DNA of 64,000 nucleotides from Roseivirga sp. (GTDB lineage Bacteria; Bacteroidota; Bacteroidia; Cytophagales; Cyclobacteriaceae): NCBI GenBank assembly GCA_029262895.1, contig JAJCYM010000002.1, positions 40,482 to 104,481 of the forward strand, read 5' to 3'. Shown piece by piece: positions 40,759 to 51,088 of this stretch (position 1 is its first letter; each line of letters starts with the position of its first letter). The notes under the pieces were generated by a model. It saw only the letters and a program-made list of their open reading frames with translations, ran no database searches and was not told where the DNA came from. The position numbers and the translations under genes were made by a program.

Positions 40759-41244
40759 ATGTCAGATAATTCAATATATAACCCTCCGGTTGGATTTTAT
40801 TTTAAACTAGGATTCACCAGAGTTTCTGCACAGACGGATGCTACTTTTCAGGAAGCTTCTGGTATCAGCATGGAGTTGGAAACGCGAGAAGTAGCAGAGG
40901 GAGGTGAAAATAGGTTCAGGTACAAATTGCCAGAACCCGGCAAGTATTCTAATCTGGTGCTAAAAAGAGGTTTAGTGGATAAAGGCTCTCCTTTAGCAAT
41001 CTGGTGTATTGATACATTGACTGGTGCTTTGGATAAGGCCATAAGCCCGAAAACGATTACTGTCAGCCTTCTGGAAGCTAATTCGAGCGGAGGAAAACCA
41101 TCAATGGTTTGGGAGTTTGTTAATGCCTATCCAGTGAAATGGAGTATATCAGACCTCCAGTTACAAAATAATATGCTTGTAATCGAATCATTAGAATTTG
41201 CCTATAACTATTTCCAACAGAGCACTACTCAAGCCGCCCAATAG
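40759..41244 (+). CDS. Second tail tube protein (eCIS Afp5/Pvc5 type)
   Basis: YNPPVGFYF, FQEASGI, EGGENRF, LVLKRG, AYPVKWS, IESLEFAY. Confidence 0.9.
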   Translation: MSDNSIYNPPVGFYFKLGFTRVSAQTDATFQEASGISMELETREVAEGGENRFRYKLPEPGKYSNLVLKRGLVDKGSPLAIWCIDTLTGALDKAISPKTITVSLLEANSSGGKPSMVWEFVNAYPVKWSISDLQLQNNMLVIESLEFAYNYFQQSTTQAAQ

Positions 41245-41276
41245 ATATAAGTGAATTGAACAAATAGAAAACAATT

Positions 41277-43091
41277 ATGGCAACACCTTCTCCAGTAACT
41301 GTGAATACCGACCTGGTCACCTATGAAATCCTGTCCAACGGATCTGCAATTGATGACACCTATCAGGTGGAATCAATCGTGGTACAACACGATGTAAATC
41401 GAATTCCTATGGCAAGATTGACCTTGATGGACGGAAGTCCTTCAAAGTCAGCCTTGCCAATAAGTGATTCATCTACTTTTGTGCCGGGTGCGGAAATAGA
41501 AATTAAAGTGGGCTACGAATCTAAGGATGAAACGATTTTTAAGGGTGTTGTGGTGCAACAAGGATTGAAGCTAGGAGCCGGAGGCTCTGTACTGCAAGTT
41601 GAATGCCAGGACAAGGCAGTGAAAATGGCTGTAGGCAGAAAGAATGTTAGCTATAACAAGACTAAAGACAGTGATATAATTTCCAGGATCATCCGCGAAA
41701 GTGGCTTAACATCAGATGTGCAAAGCACCGCGGTTGAGCTTAAGGAAGTGGTTCAGTATTACGCCACCAACTGGGATTTTGTCCTTTCCCGAGCAGAGAT
41801 AAATGGTATGATCGTAACAGTGGACGATGGAAAAGTAAGCGTTAAAAGGCCCGATACTTCAAGCTCTCCGGTTCTTGAGCTTACCTATGGCGTTGATATC
41901 CTGGAATTCGATGGAGAAATGGATGCGCGTACCCAACTCCTAGATGTAAAATCGAAAGCATGGGATTACACAACCCAGCAGGTGATTGATGCGGAAGGGG
42001 GAGATCAGAATATTACTTCGCCAGGAAATATTTCAAGTTCTACTTTGGCGGAGGTGCTGGGTGTTTCGGATTTCGATTTACAATCAACCGGCCCAATTGA
42101 GCAAAATGAGTTACAGGTATGGGCCGATGCCAAAATGCTTAAATCTCAACTTTCAAAGATTAGAGGTAATGTAAAGTTTCAGGGGAGTGCATTGGCAAGC
42201 CCCGGCAAAATGATTGAGCTCGCAGGATTAGGTGATCGATTCAATGGCAACGCCTTTGTTTCCGCAGTTACACATAATATTTCGAATGGAAATTGGGTGA
42301 CCGAGGTCGAGTTAGGCCTCAATTACGAATGGTATCAGGAGGAATTTGATATAAATTCACCTCCAGCTTCAGGTTTGCTGCCGGCCATATCAGGTTTGCA
42401 AAACGGTGTGGTCAGACAAATTGATCAGGACCCTGATGGACAGTATAGAGTCTTGGTCAATGTTCCAATTATTTCTAATGAGGGAGAGGGCATATGGGCC
42501 AGGCTTTCCAACTTATATGCGACAAACACGGCAGGAACATTCTTTTATCCAGAAATTGGGGATGAGGTAATCCTGGGTTTTTTGAATGAGGACCCCAGGT
42601 TTCCGGTAATTCTTGGATCACTTTATAGCAGCGAGAAAAAGGCTCCTCCCTTCACCCCGGATGAAGATAATTCAATAAAGGGGATTGTTTCCAAGAGCCA
42701 GATGAAGATGACATTTGATGATAAGAATAAAGTGCTTCAATTGGAAACACCAAGTGGCAATATGATGACGATCAGTGATCAAGATCAGGGGATAACTATG
42801 AAAGATCAAAACGGGAACAGCATCAAAATGAATTCTTCAGGTATTGAACTTATAAGCTGTGCAGACCTGGGACTAAGGGCTCCTGGACAGATTAGAATAA
42901 CAAGTGAAGCAGGAACGATCATATCGTCAAATGCCAATGTTACAGTATCGGGGGAAGGCGGAGTTTCTGTCAGTGGCTTGGATGTCTCATTATCTGGAGA
43001 AGCCGCATTGAGCTTGAACGGGGGTGCAGAGGCCTCTTTATCTGGAGGTGGAGTGGTTTCCATTCAAGGTGCAATGATCACTATTAATTAA
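41277..43091 (+). CDS. VgrG/gp27-gp5-like spike protein (eCIS Afp8 type)
   Basis: NRIPMARL, VQYYATNWDFVLSRAE, QIDQDPDGQYRV, FFYPEIGDEVILGFLNEDPRFPVILGSLY; C-terminal beta-helix repeats. Confidence 0.92.
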   Translation: MATPSPVTVNTDLVTYEILSNGSAIDDTYQVESIVVQHDVNRIPMARLTLMDGSPSKSALPISDSSTFVPGAEIEIKVGYESKDETIFKGVVVQQGLKLGAGGSVLQVECQDKAVKMAVGRKNVSYNKTKDSDIISRIIRESGLTSDVQSTAVELKEVVQYYATNWDFVLSRAEINGMIVTVDDGKVSVKRPDTSSSPVLELTYGVDILEFDGEMDARTQLLDVKSKAWDYTTQQVIDAEGGDQNITSPGNISSSTLAEVLGVSDFDLQSTGPIEQNELQVWADAKMLKSQLSKIRGNVKFQGSALASPGKMIELAGLGDRFNGNAFVSAVTHNISNGNWVTEVELGLNYEWYQEEFDINSPPASGLLPAISGLQNGVVRQIDQDPDGQYRVLVNVPIISNEGEGIWARLSNLYATNTAGTFFYPEIGDEVILGFLNEDPRFPVILGSLYSSEKKAPPFTPDEDNSIKGIVSKSQMKMTFDDKNKVLQLETPSGNMMTISDQDQGITMKDQNGNSIKMNSSGIELISCADLGLRAPGQIRITSEAGTIISSNANVTVSGEGGVSVSGLDVSLSGEAALSLNGGAEASLSGGGVVSIQGAMITIN

Positions 43092-43101
43092 AAGAGAAAT
43101 T

Positions 43102-43401
43102 ATGCCAGCAGCAGCAAGATTAGGCGATATGCACGAGTGTCCTATGGTATCTCCAACTATACCTCTCATTCCACATGTTGGGGGACCAATTAGTGGGCCT
43201 GGAGAGCCTAGCGTAATTATCGGGGGAATGCCAGCTGCCCGAGTAGGAGATATGCTGGTTTGTGATGGACCACCAGATGCGATTGTTAAGGGCTCAGCCA
43301 CTGTATTGATTGGTGGATTGCCTGCCGCCAGAATGGGAGACGAAACTGCTCATGGTGGTACCATAACCACAGGTTCCCCTACAGTACAAATCGGTGGATA
43401 A
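43102..43401 (+). CDS. PAAR-repeat spike-tip protein, no effector extension
   Basis: Three PAAR motifs with His/Cys metal ligands (HEC, H, C, H). Confidence 0.95.
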   Translation: MPAAARLGDMHECPMVSPTIPLIPHVGGPISGPGEPSVIIGGMPAARVGDMLVCDGPPDAIVKGSATVLIGGLPAARMGDETAHGGTITTGSPTVQIGG

Positions 43402-43409
43402 CGGCTAAA

Positions 43410-45014
43410 TTATTTAAAAACCTCCTGAATGGGTTGCCCAGTAGTGGCATTGGGCATACGCATGTTTAATAACATACTCACCGTAGGCGCAATATCTGTT
43501 ATGGCGATATGGCGCACTGAACTGCCCTGTTTAACGCCCCATCCATAAAAAAGGATGGGAACATGAGTATCATAATTCCAGCTGTTACCATGACTTGTAC
43601 CCCGTGAACCACCACCTTGTGATCCAGGATCCAAGACTACCAGGACATCCGCAGACTGATCGATGTGGTACCCGTTTTGTACCAAATTGGCATTTCCCTT
43701 GGTGTATTCATGGGTGGTCAGATCAGAGGCGGTATATGCTTTGTAAACGCCAGGATATTGATTTACAAAATCGGCAATAGTGCGTTGCATAGCAACGCGA
43801 TCATGGCCCTTTTCAGCCACCAGCTTTCTGTCGAGTACCATAGATCCCTCCATCCACTTTTCATCTCCGTATTTCTCCTTAAGCATCTCAGTTACGGCAG
43901 TGTTCAATCTTCTGTAACTGAAGTTTTTGGCAAGAAAACCATCATCATTCATTCGCTTTGAATTATCGGCAACACCATGGTCGGCAGTGAGGAAAACTAC
44001 GTACTCGCCTTTGCCCACTTTGGCATCCAAAGCGGCAAACAATCTTTCCAGGTCTTTGTCCAGGCGCAGATAAGTATCTTGTACCTCAATGGCGTGGGGA
44101 CCAAATGAATGACCTACATAGTCCGTGCTTGAGAAACTCACTGCGAGAAAATCCGTGATATCATCTTGCCCCAGGTTTTCTGCATCCAATGAAGCCAATG
44201 CCAAATCCGTCAGAATGGAATTGCCGAAAGGGGTCGATCTGATAGCAGAATTTTTGTTTGGCAGGCTGGCCAGATCATAAGGGAAGACAGGTGCATCTTT
44301 TCCACCTAATTTGGCTTCATAAGGACTATCGTCAGGCCCGCTCTCAACATATTGATCAATAGGTAGCAGGGTATTCCAAGGCTTACTTAAATATTTTTCT
44401 ACATGATTGGCTGCATTGAAGGAGGCCACCCAAGGAGGTAAGGCATCCATGTAAAATGTGGAGGTCATAAAATGTCCAGTCCCACTGTCATACCAATACG
44501 AACCATCGGAATATCTGCCTCCGGGAAGTGCCGAACCCCGATCCTTTATGGACAGAGCGATCACCTTACTTCGTTTCTCAGTAAAGAGCTTTAATTCGTC
44601 AGTCATGGTGGTTGCATGCAGATTCATAGGAGAAATTTTGCCCGCATTGGCTGATCCACCAACGGCAGTTACCGTAGTATCTTCAGCGCAATACACCGAA
44701 CGATGGAGGACAGGGCTGTACCAGCTATTGTTAATCACGCCATGATAAGAAGGGGTAGTGCCGGTATAAATAGAGGCATGCCCGGGACCAGTACTTGTAG
44801 TGGCATAGTTGTAGTGCCCGTTTCTAGCCATAAACCCTTGCTCAACCAATCTGCGAAATCCGTTGTCACCAAATTTGTTATAATAGCGCAACAGGTACTC
44901 CTGCTTCATTTGGTCAACTACGATACCCACTACCAGTTTTGGTCTTTCAATATCCTGAGACTTGAGCCCAATTGTGACAAAGAGTAAAGCGAGAAAAGTA
45001 AGACGGACTTTCAT
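43410..45014 (-). CDS. pafA: Alkaline phosphatase, PafA family
   Basis: VGIVVDQM, TGPGHASIYTG (Thr nucleophile), SFSSTDYVGH, TADHG. Confidence 0.85.
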   Translation of the reverse strand: MKVRLTFLALLFVTIGLKSQDIERPKLVVGIVVDQMKQEYLLRYYNKFGDNGFRRLVEQGFMARNGHYNYATTSTGPGHASIYTGTTPSYHGVINNSWYSPVLHRSVYCAEDTTVTAVGGSANAGKISPMNLHATTMTDELKLFTEKRSKVIALSIKDRGSALPGGRYSDGSYWYDSGTGHFMTSTFYMDALPPWVASFNAANHVEKYLSKPWNTLLPIDQYVESGPDDSPYEAKLGGKDAPVFPYDLASLPNKNSAIRSTPFGNSILTDLALASLDAENLGQDDITDFLAVSFSSTDYVGHSFGPHAIEVQDTYLRLDKDLERLFAALDAKVGKGEYVVFLTADHGVADNSKRMNDDGFLAKNFSYRRLNTAVTEMLKEKYGDEKWMEGSMVLDRKLVAEKGHDRVAMQRTIADFVNQYPGVYKAYTASDLTTHEYTKGNANLVQNGYHIDQSADVLVVLDPGSQGGGSRGTSHGNSWNYDTHVPILFYGWGVKQGSSVRHIAITDIAPTVSMLLNMRMPNATTGQPIQEVFK

Positions 45015-45027
45015 GGTTAATTCATTT

Positions 45028-47670
45028 TTAACGAACGCAAGCTATTTTTTTATAATCGGCCTCCTGAAAAGTTTGCGTAAAGAGTTTTTTGCCCTGTTTA
45101 TCAATATATATGACTATATATAAATTAGCCTCCTTGATGTATTTCTGAGCAAAATAAACAGGTTCCTGCTCTGTACCAAGTTGAATTATTTCGTTGTAGG
45201 TGGGTTCGATAATCTCGCCTTGGGCATTACTGAGAATTCCCTTTCCCGTGGCAGTGGTAATCTGAATGATTTTCTCCTGGGCATCGTCTTTGATATACTC
45301 AAACTCCAGAATGCCCTCATAAACAAGGGATTCATCTTGGATTTGATGCAGCACCCATTCCTCTTCAATTCTGGCCAGGGCTACCGTATCAGTCCAAAAC
45401 CTGATCTCATCATAATCAAAACTGCTGAGCTGTTCGTTTTTAGGATTAATAAAACCCTTGAGACCATCTTCTGAGGCAATGAGAATGGTGTCGCCATAGG
45501 CCTGAATTCTGGACGAATAGCTGGGAGGAATGTTGATGATCTTTCCTACATTAATTACCCCGACCTTTTCATCTTTCAATACACTCACGTAGCCATCATC
45601 ATAGGAGCCAATCCCATCATAAATAAAATTCAAAACAAAGGCGCCTGTGCTGTCTACCAATGCTGCGTTCTTTTTTTGGAGCTTTATCAGATTTGGTCCC
45701 AACGCGGCAATTTCCTCATAAGTGGCGGCTAAAATTTCCTTGCCCCAGCTATTATAAACCTTTCTGAAACCTTTTTCATTAGAAAGCATGAAGAAGTCAT
45801 TTGTAGCCTTTTCTCCCGTTTTGACATAGGCTTGCGGTACCAAAAGTTTCGGTTCCCAACCTTCTTCCAACAGCATTTCATGGCCATTTTTAAAGCGGGC
45901 ATAGAGGCTGTCACTCTTTTTGAGAATCACCATGTTTTCACCCCAGAATTGTAGGGAGTCATAATCATAGGAAGGGAAAAGGCGCCCCTGCTGGTCCAGT
46001 AATGTCCATTTTTCACCTCGCTTAAGGCCGATCCAGTTGTCATTTTCAACAATGGCATCATAGACTGAATCTTCCAGAGAAAGGTAGTCTTCATGGATAA
46101 GCTGAACATTGGAATCGCCCTTTAGCAGCCAACCATATTCTTTGTCATAGATGTCTCCGATAAAGATGGGCATAATGATTCCGAAGTTCTTATCGACTAC
46201 CATTTGCATGTCTTCCCGATAGATTAGGTAGTGGCCATTATCAAGCCGTTCAATATCATCATATTTGAACTCCAAATCGATTGGTTCATCAATCACTGCC
46301 GGGATGATATCTTCAGAGGTGGTGAAGGCTATTTTCCCATCCTTCTCAATGATTACAAAGGCATCCAGTGTATCGATACTGCTATACTCGATGGCCAGGG
46401 CCAGATAGCCGTGAATGGTAGTCAGACCCCAAAGGCCGCCTCTTTTCACTTTGATAAAATGCTCATCAAAAGTGCCAAAATCCTCTGCTGGTTCTGAGAT
46501 AATCATCTCACCGGATTTATGAATCAATTTATAACCATCAGCGTACTTAACCTTGATATAACCGAAGCCTGCGTCTTCAGCTGATTCAAAAGTTTCCGAT
46601 TCATAAATGACATTGCCATTCCGGCCAATAATTTTTGATTTCTCTCCTGTATGACCAACCAGAAAGTCATCGTATTGGGGCTCGCAGAGACAAGAGGAGG
46701 AAATAGCGCTAAAGTCTGTGTCCAATGCCTTGCTACCATCCGGCTTGATAAAAGTGTATTTGCCGTTTTCAAACTTTGGCATCCACCAACCAGCCTCCAG
46801 GTCAATGACTCGCTGAATGGAATCCATTGCAGATTGGAATTGAAAGGTCTTTGGAAAAGCAGCACTACCATATTTAGATTTGACGATATGATAAAGCCTC
46901 GGTATAATCTTCTCCTTTAGCTTTGAATTAGGGTATTTCTTCAGAAAATCCGTGTAGACTGGAATGGAATTGAGGGTGGTACTTAAGTCAAAGATGCGCT
47001 GCACTGATATTTCCCGATAGGGAGTTCCGGGGTATTCCTCCAAAAAGTCTTCATGGCTTTTAAGGGAATTGTCTGCAGTACGGGCCTCCCACAATAGCTT
47101 TTTGTAGCGGGACTCCGCTTCCGCAAAGTCCTCTGAGTCGGGATAGGCGTCCATAAAACCCCGATAGCTTTGGTAGCTGTCAATACCAGCCGCATCCTCA
47201 AAGGCAATGTGATTCCGTAGCCGAATTGCTTCCGGTATTTGTACCGCATCATTATGCGTTTGCATAAACCAATTGTAGTCTGCAATGGTATGTTTGGCCA
47301 GGATGAGGTCAAAGGAGAGACTGTCGATAAAGTCTTTATGGACTTGAAGCGAAACGGAATCCAGTCCTAGCTCCGAAAGATCTTCAAAGTCTTTGGGGTC
47401 GGAAACCGTGGCAAAGTCCTCAATAGCGGCATTGACATATAAGTAGGCCGTATCCACATCATAGGTCCAGAAGACAGTATCCACATACATCAGGCTATAG
47501 AGGTACTTGGCACCGGGGTTCACGGCTGATTTGCCCAAAGATTTCTCCAATGCATCAACGGTCTTATCGATTTCCCCTTTTGCATAGAAGCGAAAGGCCC
47601 TTTTTGGGATTTCAATACTGAAAACCAGTAAGAGGCTTATGGATAGTACGGTTTGAATAACTCCCTTCAC
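45028..47670 (-). CDS. WG-repeat-containing secreted protein with helical N-terminal region
   Basis: Repeated (K)GxWGxI / GLKGFIN...FDYDEI units; helical repeat N-terminal third. Confidence 0.7.
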   Translation of the reverse strand: MKGVIQTVLSISLLLVFSIEIPKRAFRFYAKGEIDKTVDALEKSLGKSAVNPGAKYLYSLMYVDTVFWTYDVDTAYLYVNAAIEDFATVSDPKDFEDLSELGLDSVSLQVHKDFIDSLSFDLILAKHTIADYNWFMQTHNDAVQIPEAIRLRNHIAFEDAAGIDSYQSYRGFMDAYPDSEDFAEAESRYKKLLWEARTADNSLKSHEDFLEEYPGTPYREISVQRIFDLSTTLNSIPVYTDFLKKYPNSKLKEKIIPRLYHIVKSKYGSAAFPKTFQFQSAMDSIQRVIDLEAGWWMPKFENGKYTFIKPDGSKALDTDFSAISSSCLCEPQYDDFLVGHTGEKSKIIGRNGNVIYESETFESAEDAGFGYIKVKYADGYKLIHKSGEMIISEPAEDFGTFDEHFIKVKRGGLWGLTTIHGYLALAIEYSSIDTLDAFVIIEKDGKIAFTTSEDIIPAVIDEPIDLEFKYDDIERLDNGHYLIYREDMQMVVDKNFGIIMPIFIGDIYDKEYGWLLKGDSNVQLIHEDYLSLEDSVYDAIVENDNWIGLKRGEKWTLLDQQGRLFPSYDYDSLQFWGENMVILKKSDSLYARFKNGHEMLLEEGWEPKLLVPQAYVKTGEKATNDFFMLSNEKGFRKVYNSWGKEILAATYEEIAALGPNLIKLQKKNAALVDSTGAFVLNFIYDGIGSYDDGYVSVLKDEKVGVINVGKIINIPPSYSSRIQAYGDTILIASEDGLKGFINPKNEQLSSFDYDEIRFWTDTVALARIEEEWVLHQIQDESLVYEGILEFEYIKDDAQEKIIQITTATGKGILSNAQGEIIEPTYNEIIQLGTEQEPVYFAQKYIKEANLYIVIYIDKQGKKLFTQTFQEADYKKIACVR

Positions 47671-47794
47671 TTTTCAGTCTAACGCTTAAGAAGCCAAAAG
47701 TAATAAAATGTGGCTTCTATATATCGAAAACACTGGCTTTAGCAGTCGAAAAAAAGAGCAGCAACTCGTTGCTTAAATTGCGATTAATTTTCTT

Positions 47795-50401
47795 TTACTC
47801 ACTTCTTAAGGCATCAACAGGATTGGTAGAGGCAGTTTTAAATGTCTTTGAAATCATGGTCAGACCAGAAATGGCGAATGGAACTCCCGTAGTTATTAAA
47901 ATAACCAGCAAAGAGATGTTGACTCTATAGGCAAAACCATCCAGCCAATTCTCGATTAGGAAATAGGAAAGAGGAATGGCAATAATTGCAGCTATAGCGA
48001 TCAAACCATACACCTGTTTTGAGAGTAATACAATGATCTGAGAGACGGAGGCACCCAATACTTTTCTGATGCTGATCTCTTTCATTTTGGCTTCGATCAA
48101 AAATGTGATTAATCCAAAGAGACCCATGGATGAAATCAGGATGGCAATCAAGGTGAATAAATTAAAAATGCGGCCCATTCTCATCTCGGCGGTATATAGC
48201 TTTTGGAACCTTGTATCCAGAAATTCTGATCGGAATGGATAATTAGGAACAAATTCCTGCCATTTTCCTTCTATTCTTTCGAGCGTTTCAGGAATATTTT
48301 CTGTCCTTATTTTTATAAGAACGCGGGCAATCGATCGGCCTTTAAAGTCCTTATACATAAAGATCATTGGACCAATCTCACTGTGAAGAGATTCCATATG
48401 GAAGTCCTTTATCACCCCTCTAATTTTGGCAGGAGTGCCCAAAAATCGAAATGGGTATGGTTCATGAAGTGGATCTTCCGCATTAAAGGGGTTTTCAGCA
48501 ACGAGTAATTTGGCCATTGTTTCGTTGACCAAAATGTCATTTTCATTTGCCTGTGTGTTATTTGGGATAAAGTTATCCCCTTCGACTAATTCGAGATCCA
48601 GGAGTTGGAGATAATCTTCATCGATATAGTGTCCTGTAACCAATGCGTCAAGGTCATTATCACGGGAACGAACTCCGGCATCATCACCTCCGGGAGGACT
48701 GGTCGTAAGGCTGGCTTTCAAAACTTCAGGAATTTGAGACAGTGATTGTTTGAACTCCCTGAATTTATTGGTCATTGACAACTTCACCACTAAAATCTGT
48801 TCAGGATTATATGCCAGTGTTTTTTCCTGGACAAACCTAAGTTGTCTTTCAACCATTACGGAACAAAGAATCAGCGCTATTGAGATAATAAATTGGAACA
48901 CAACCAGACTCTTTCTGATCCGGTTTCCTCTTGACGAAGAAAGGATTTTACCCTTGATAAATTCCGTGAATTTAAACCTTGAAACGATAAGTGCCGGGTA
49001 GAGGCCGGCAATGAAGCCCAGGCATATTATTGTTGCAAACAGGATGAGAAAAAATTTCGGACTGTTGCTGTAGTCAAAATAAAGCGATTGGCCCAGGGCA
49101 AACTCGAAATAGGGTATAGCTGCTTCTAAGAGCAAGAGGGATATTGGCAAAGCAATGAAACAGGTCAGTAATGATTCTGTTAGAAACTGATAGATAAAAC
49201 TTCCTCTGCCCGCCCCAACGATTTTACGAATCCCGGCCTCCTGGCCCCTTTGCAATGCACGCGATGCTGTGAGATTAATGTAGTTTATCGTAGCCAATAA
49301 CAGTATCAAAACAGCCACGATCCCAAACATTATGATGGCTTGTTTGTCTACCACTGCAATAAGTTTATCCTGACTCTCTTGATTATAGCGGATGTCTGCG
49401 AATGAAGTAAACCGATATTCCTGGTTAATGATATAGGCATTGCTGGTGGCTTTTTCAATAATAGGGCTAAAGCTGCCTAAAAGTTGATTTCTGTTAGTTT
49501 GAGGGGATAGTAGAAAAAATGTAGTGAAGGGTGAATATGCTCCTGCGTTGAGACGATAATTGTCCGTTTTAAGCACCAGAAAATCAAACTGAAGGCTAGA
49601 ATTTTTTGGAATATCTTTGAGTACGCCTGCAACAACAAATTCTGAACGTTCATTAAGTTCTGCAATGATTTTCTTTCCGATTGGATCTTCAGTACCAAAG
49701 TACTTTTCTGCGGATTTTTCAGTGATAACCACGTTTTTGTTACTGCACAAGGCTGTCTTTGGGTTTCCAACTTTCATTTCGAAAGGAAAGAGCGTAAAGA
49801 ATGAGGAGTCAGCCAAAAGAAAATCTTCCTCAAAGTAATTTGTCTTTTGCCCCTCAATTTGCTTCACAGTAATGGTGAACTTGTTCATGGCGCAAAAGGC
49901 CATTATTTCCGGAGAGCTCTCTGCCAATACGGGCCCAAATGCCGGGTGCATACTAGGGCTAAATCCATCTTCAACCCTATTTTTGCTTTTACCTTCCAGC
50001 CTTACAATGTCCTCCTTTGTTTTTAGAAAATCATCAATCAAAAATTGATCAATAATGAACAATGAAATAAGCAGTGTGCTTGCCAGGCCAATACTCAACC
50101 CGAGAATATTGATGGCCGTAAATGCTTTGCTTTTTCCAAAACTCCTGAACGCGGTTTTCAAATAATGTTTTAGCATGGCTAGTGAATTTAAAGTTGGTAT
50201 AAAGGACCTTGGAGTGTCAAAAATATGTGGTCTGAAAGAGCGCATGATTGTCCAAACGTATAAGAGGCGCGCTTTTCTTAGCCCCCTTTCTTCCAGATTA
50301 TCCTGAAATTCTTCGTGCAGATCACCTTCCAGTTCTTCTATTCTCCTTTGCGAACAAAAAAGGCGAAAGAACTTTATCGGAAATTTTGGTGGCTGAGTCA
50401 A
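47795..50401 (-). CDS. MacB/FtsX-type duplicated ABC permease with N-terminal prefix domain (copy 1)
   Basis: EAGIRKIVGA and KEISIRKVLGAS motifs; NPVDALRSE terminus; TTG start overlaps the PadR stop. Confidence 0.88.
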   Translation of the reverse strand: MTQPPKFPIKFFRLFCSQRRIEELEGDLHEEFQDNLEERGLRKARLLYVWTIMRSFRPHIFDTPRSFIPTLNSLAMLKHYLKTAFRSFGKSKAFTAINILGLSIGLASTLLISLFIIDQFLIDDFLKTKEDIVRLEGKSKNRVEDGFSPSMHPAFGPVLAESSPEIMAFCAMNKFTITVKQIEGQKTNYFEEDFLLADSSFFTLFPFEMKVGNPKTALCSNKNVVITEKSAEKYFGTEDPIGKKIIAELNERSEFVVAGVLKDIPKNSSLQFDFLVLKTDNYRLNAGAYSPFTTFFLLSPQTNRNQLLGSFSPIIEKATSNAYIINQEYRFTSFADIRYNQESQDKLIAVVDKQAIIMFGIVAVLILLLATINYINLTASRALQRGQEAGIRKIVGAGRGSFIYQFLTESLLTCFIALPISLLLLEAAIPYFEFALGQSLYFDYSNSPKFFLILFATIICLGFIAGLYPALIVSRFKFTEFIKGKILSSSRGNRIRKSLVVFQFIISIALILCSVMVERQLRFVQEKTLAYNPEQILVVKLSMTNKFREFKQSLSQIPEVLKASLTTSPPGGDDAGVRSRDNDLDALVTGHYIDEDYLQLLDLELVEGDNFIPNNTQANENDILVNETMAKLLVAENPFNAEDPLHEPYPFRFLGTPAKIRGVIKDFHMESLHSEIGPMIFMYKDFKGRSIARVLIKIRTENIPETLERIEGKWQEFVPNYPFRSEFLDTRFQKLYTAEMRMGRIFNLFTLIAILISSMGLFGLITFLIEAKMKEISIRKVLGASVSQIIVLLSKQVYGLIAIAAIIAIPLSYFLIENWLDGFAYRVNISLLVILITTGVPFAISGLTMISKTFKTASTNPVDALRSE

Positions 50402-50736
50402 ACGGTGCCTCCTTTCAAAAGTGACTCTGGGATGTTGGACCAGAAAGATTCACGGATACCTCGTATTTCCCTTAAGGCTTTGATACCAAAGGGAGTGGGG
50501 ATAAAATGGCGTTTTCGCTTACCACCTCTTTTTTTGGTGGCTTCACCAAATTCAGACTTGAGATAGCCTTTTTTTTCTATACGGTAAAGTGCAGAATGGA
50601 CCGCACTTAGGTTGATAGGTCTACCTGTATACTGCTCGACCTCCTTTCTTACCTTGATGGCATAGGCCTCATTTTCTAAGACACAGGTGGCCAGTAAAAC
50701 CACCTCCTCAAATTCACCGAGAAACGTTCCTTTCAT
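50398..50736 (-). CDS. PadR-family transcriptional regulator (copy 1)
   Basis: LGEFEEVVLLA, LSAVHSALYRIEKKG, RGGKRKRHF winged-HTH motifs. Confidence 0.92.
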   Translation of the reverse strand: MKGTFLGEFEEVVLLATCVLENEAYAIKVRKEVEQYTGRPINLSAVHSALYRIEKKGYLKSEFGEATKKRGGKRKRHFIPTPFGIKALREIRGIRESFWSNIPESLLKGGTV

Positions 50737-50750
50737 GTTTCATGAGTATT

Positions 50751-50817
50751 TTATATGTAAATGTAAGGAATATAAATAAAGCACAAACTATTTTATGTGT
50801 AAATGTAAATAATATAT
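50751..50817. promoter_or_regulatory. Two candidate PadR boxes (TATRTAAATGTAAATAATAT-like)
   Basis: Direct repeats about 43 nt apart; the same pair lies upstream of the other full padR. Confidence 0.5.
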
Positions 50818-51007
50818 ATTGGCTTCAAGAAATAATTGCTTGCATAGAGTTGTATTGCATTTGGTTTAATGCGTAATATTGAGGCCAATTTCGGGGTATG
50901 GCGTCTGCCTACGTCAGGCTCCCGGAGACAGGCAGTCTTGACTGCTTTTTTGAAAACTAGAATTCGGAAGTTTTAATCAATTTCCAAAGATTAGGCACAT
51001 TCACACT

Positions 51008-51082
51008 CGGGGTGTGGCGCAGTCCGGTTAGCGTACTCGTCTGGGGGGCGAGAGGTCGCTGGTTCAAATCCAGTCACCCCGA
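51008..51082 (+). tRNA. tRNA-Pro (GGG)
   Basis: Acceptor stem CGGGGTG/CACCCCG; anticodon arm CTCGT-CTGGGGG-GCGAG; GGTTCAAATCC T-arm. Confidence 0.95.
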
Positions 51083-51088
51083 CAAAAC

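Noticed and set aside
40273-43401. Prophage, or Bacteroidota T6SS(iii)
   Set aside because: No capsid, terminase, portal or integrase genes; no Tss sheath, ClpV or membrane-complex genes; tubes are gp19/Afp-type rather than Hcp-type.
43410-45014. PafA phosphatase or NlpC/P60 (39413-39892) as effector of the needle cassette
   Set aside because: pafA is convergent, NlpC/P60 is separated by a tRNA and terminator, and both have their own Sec or lipoprotein signals.
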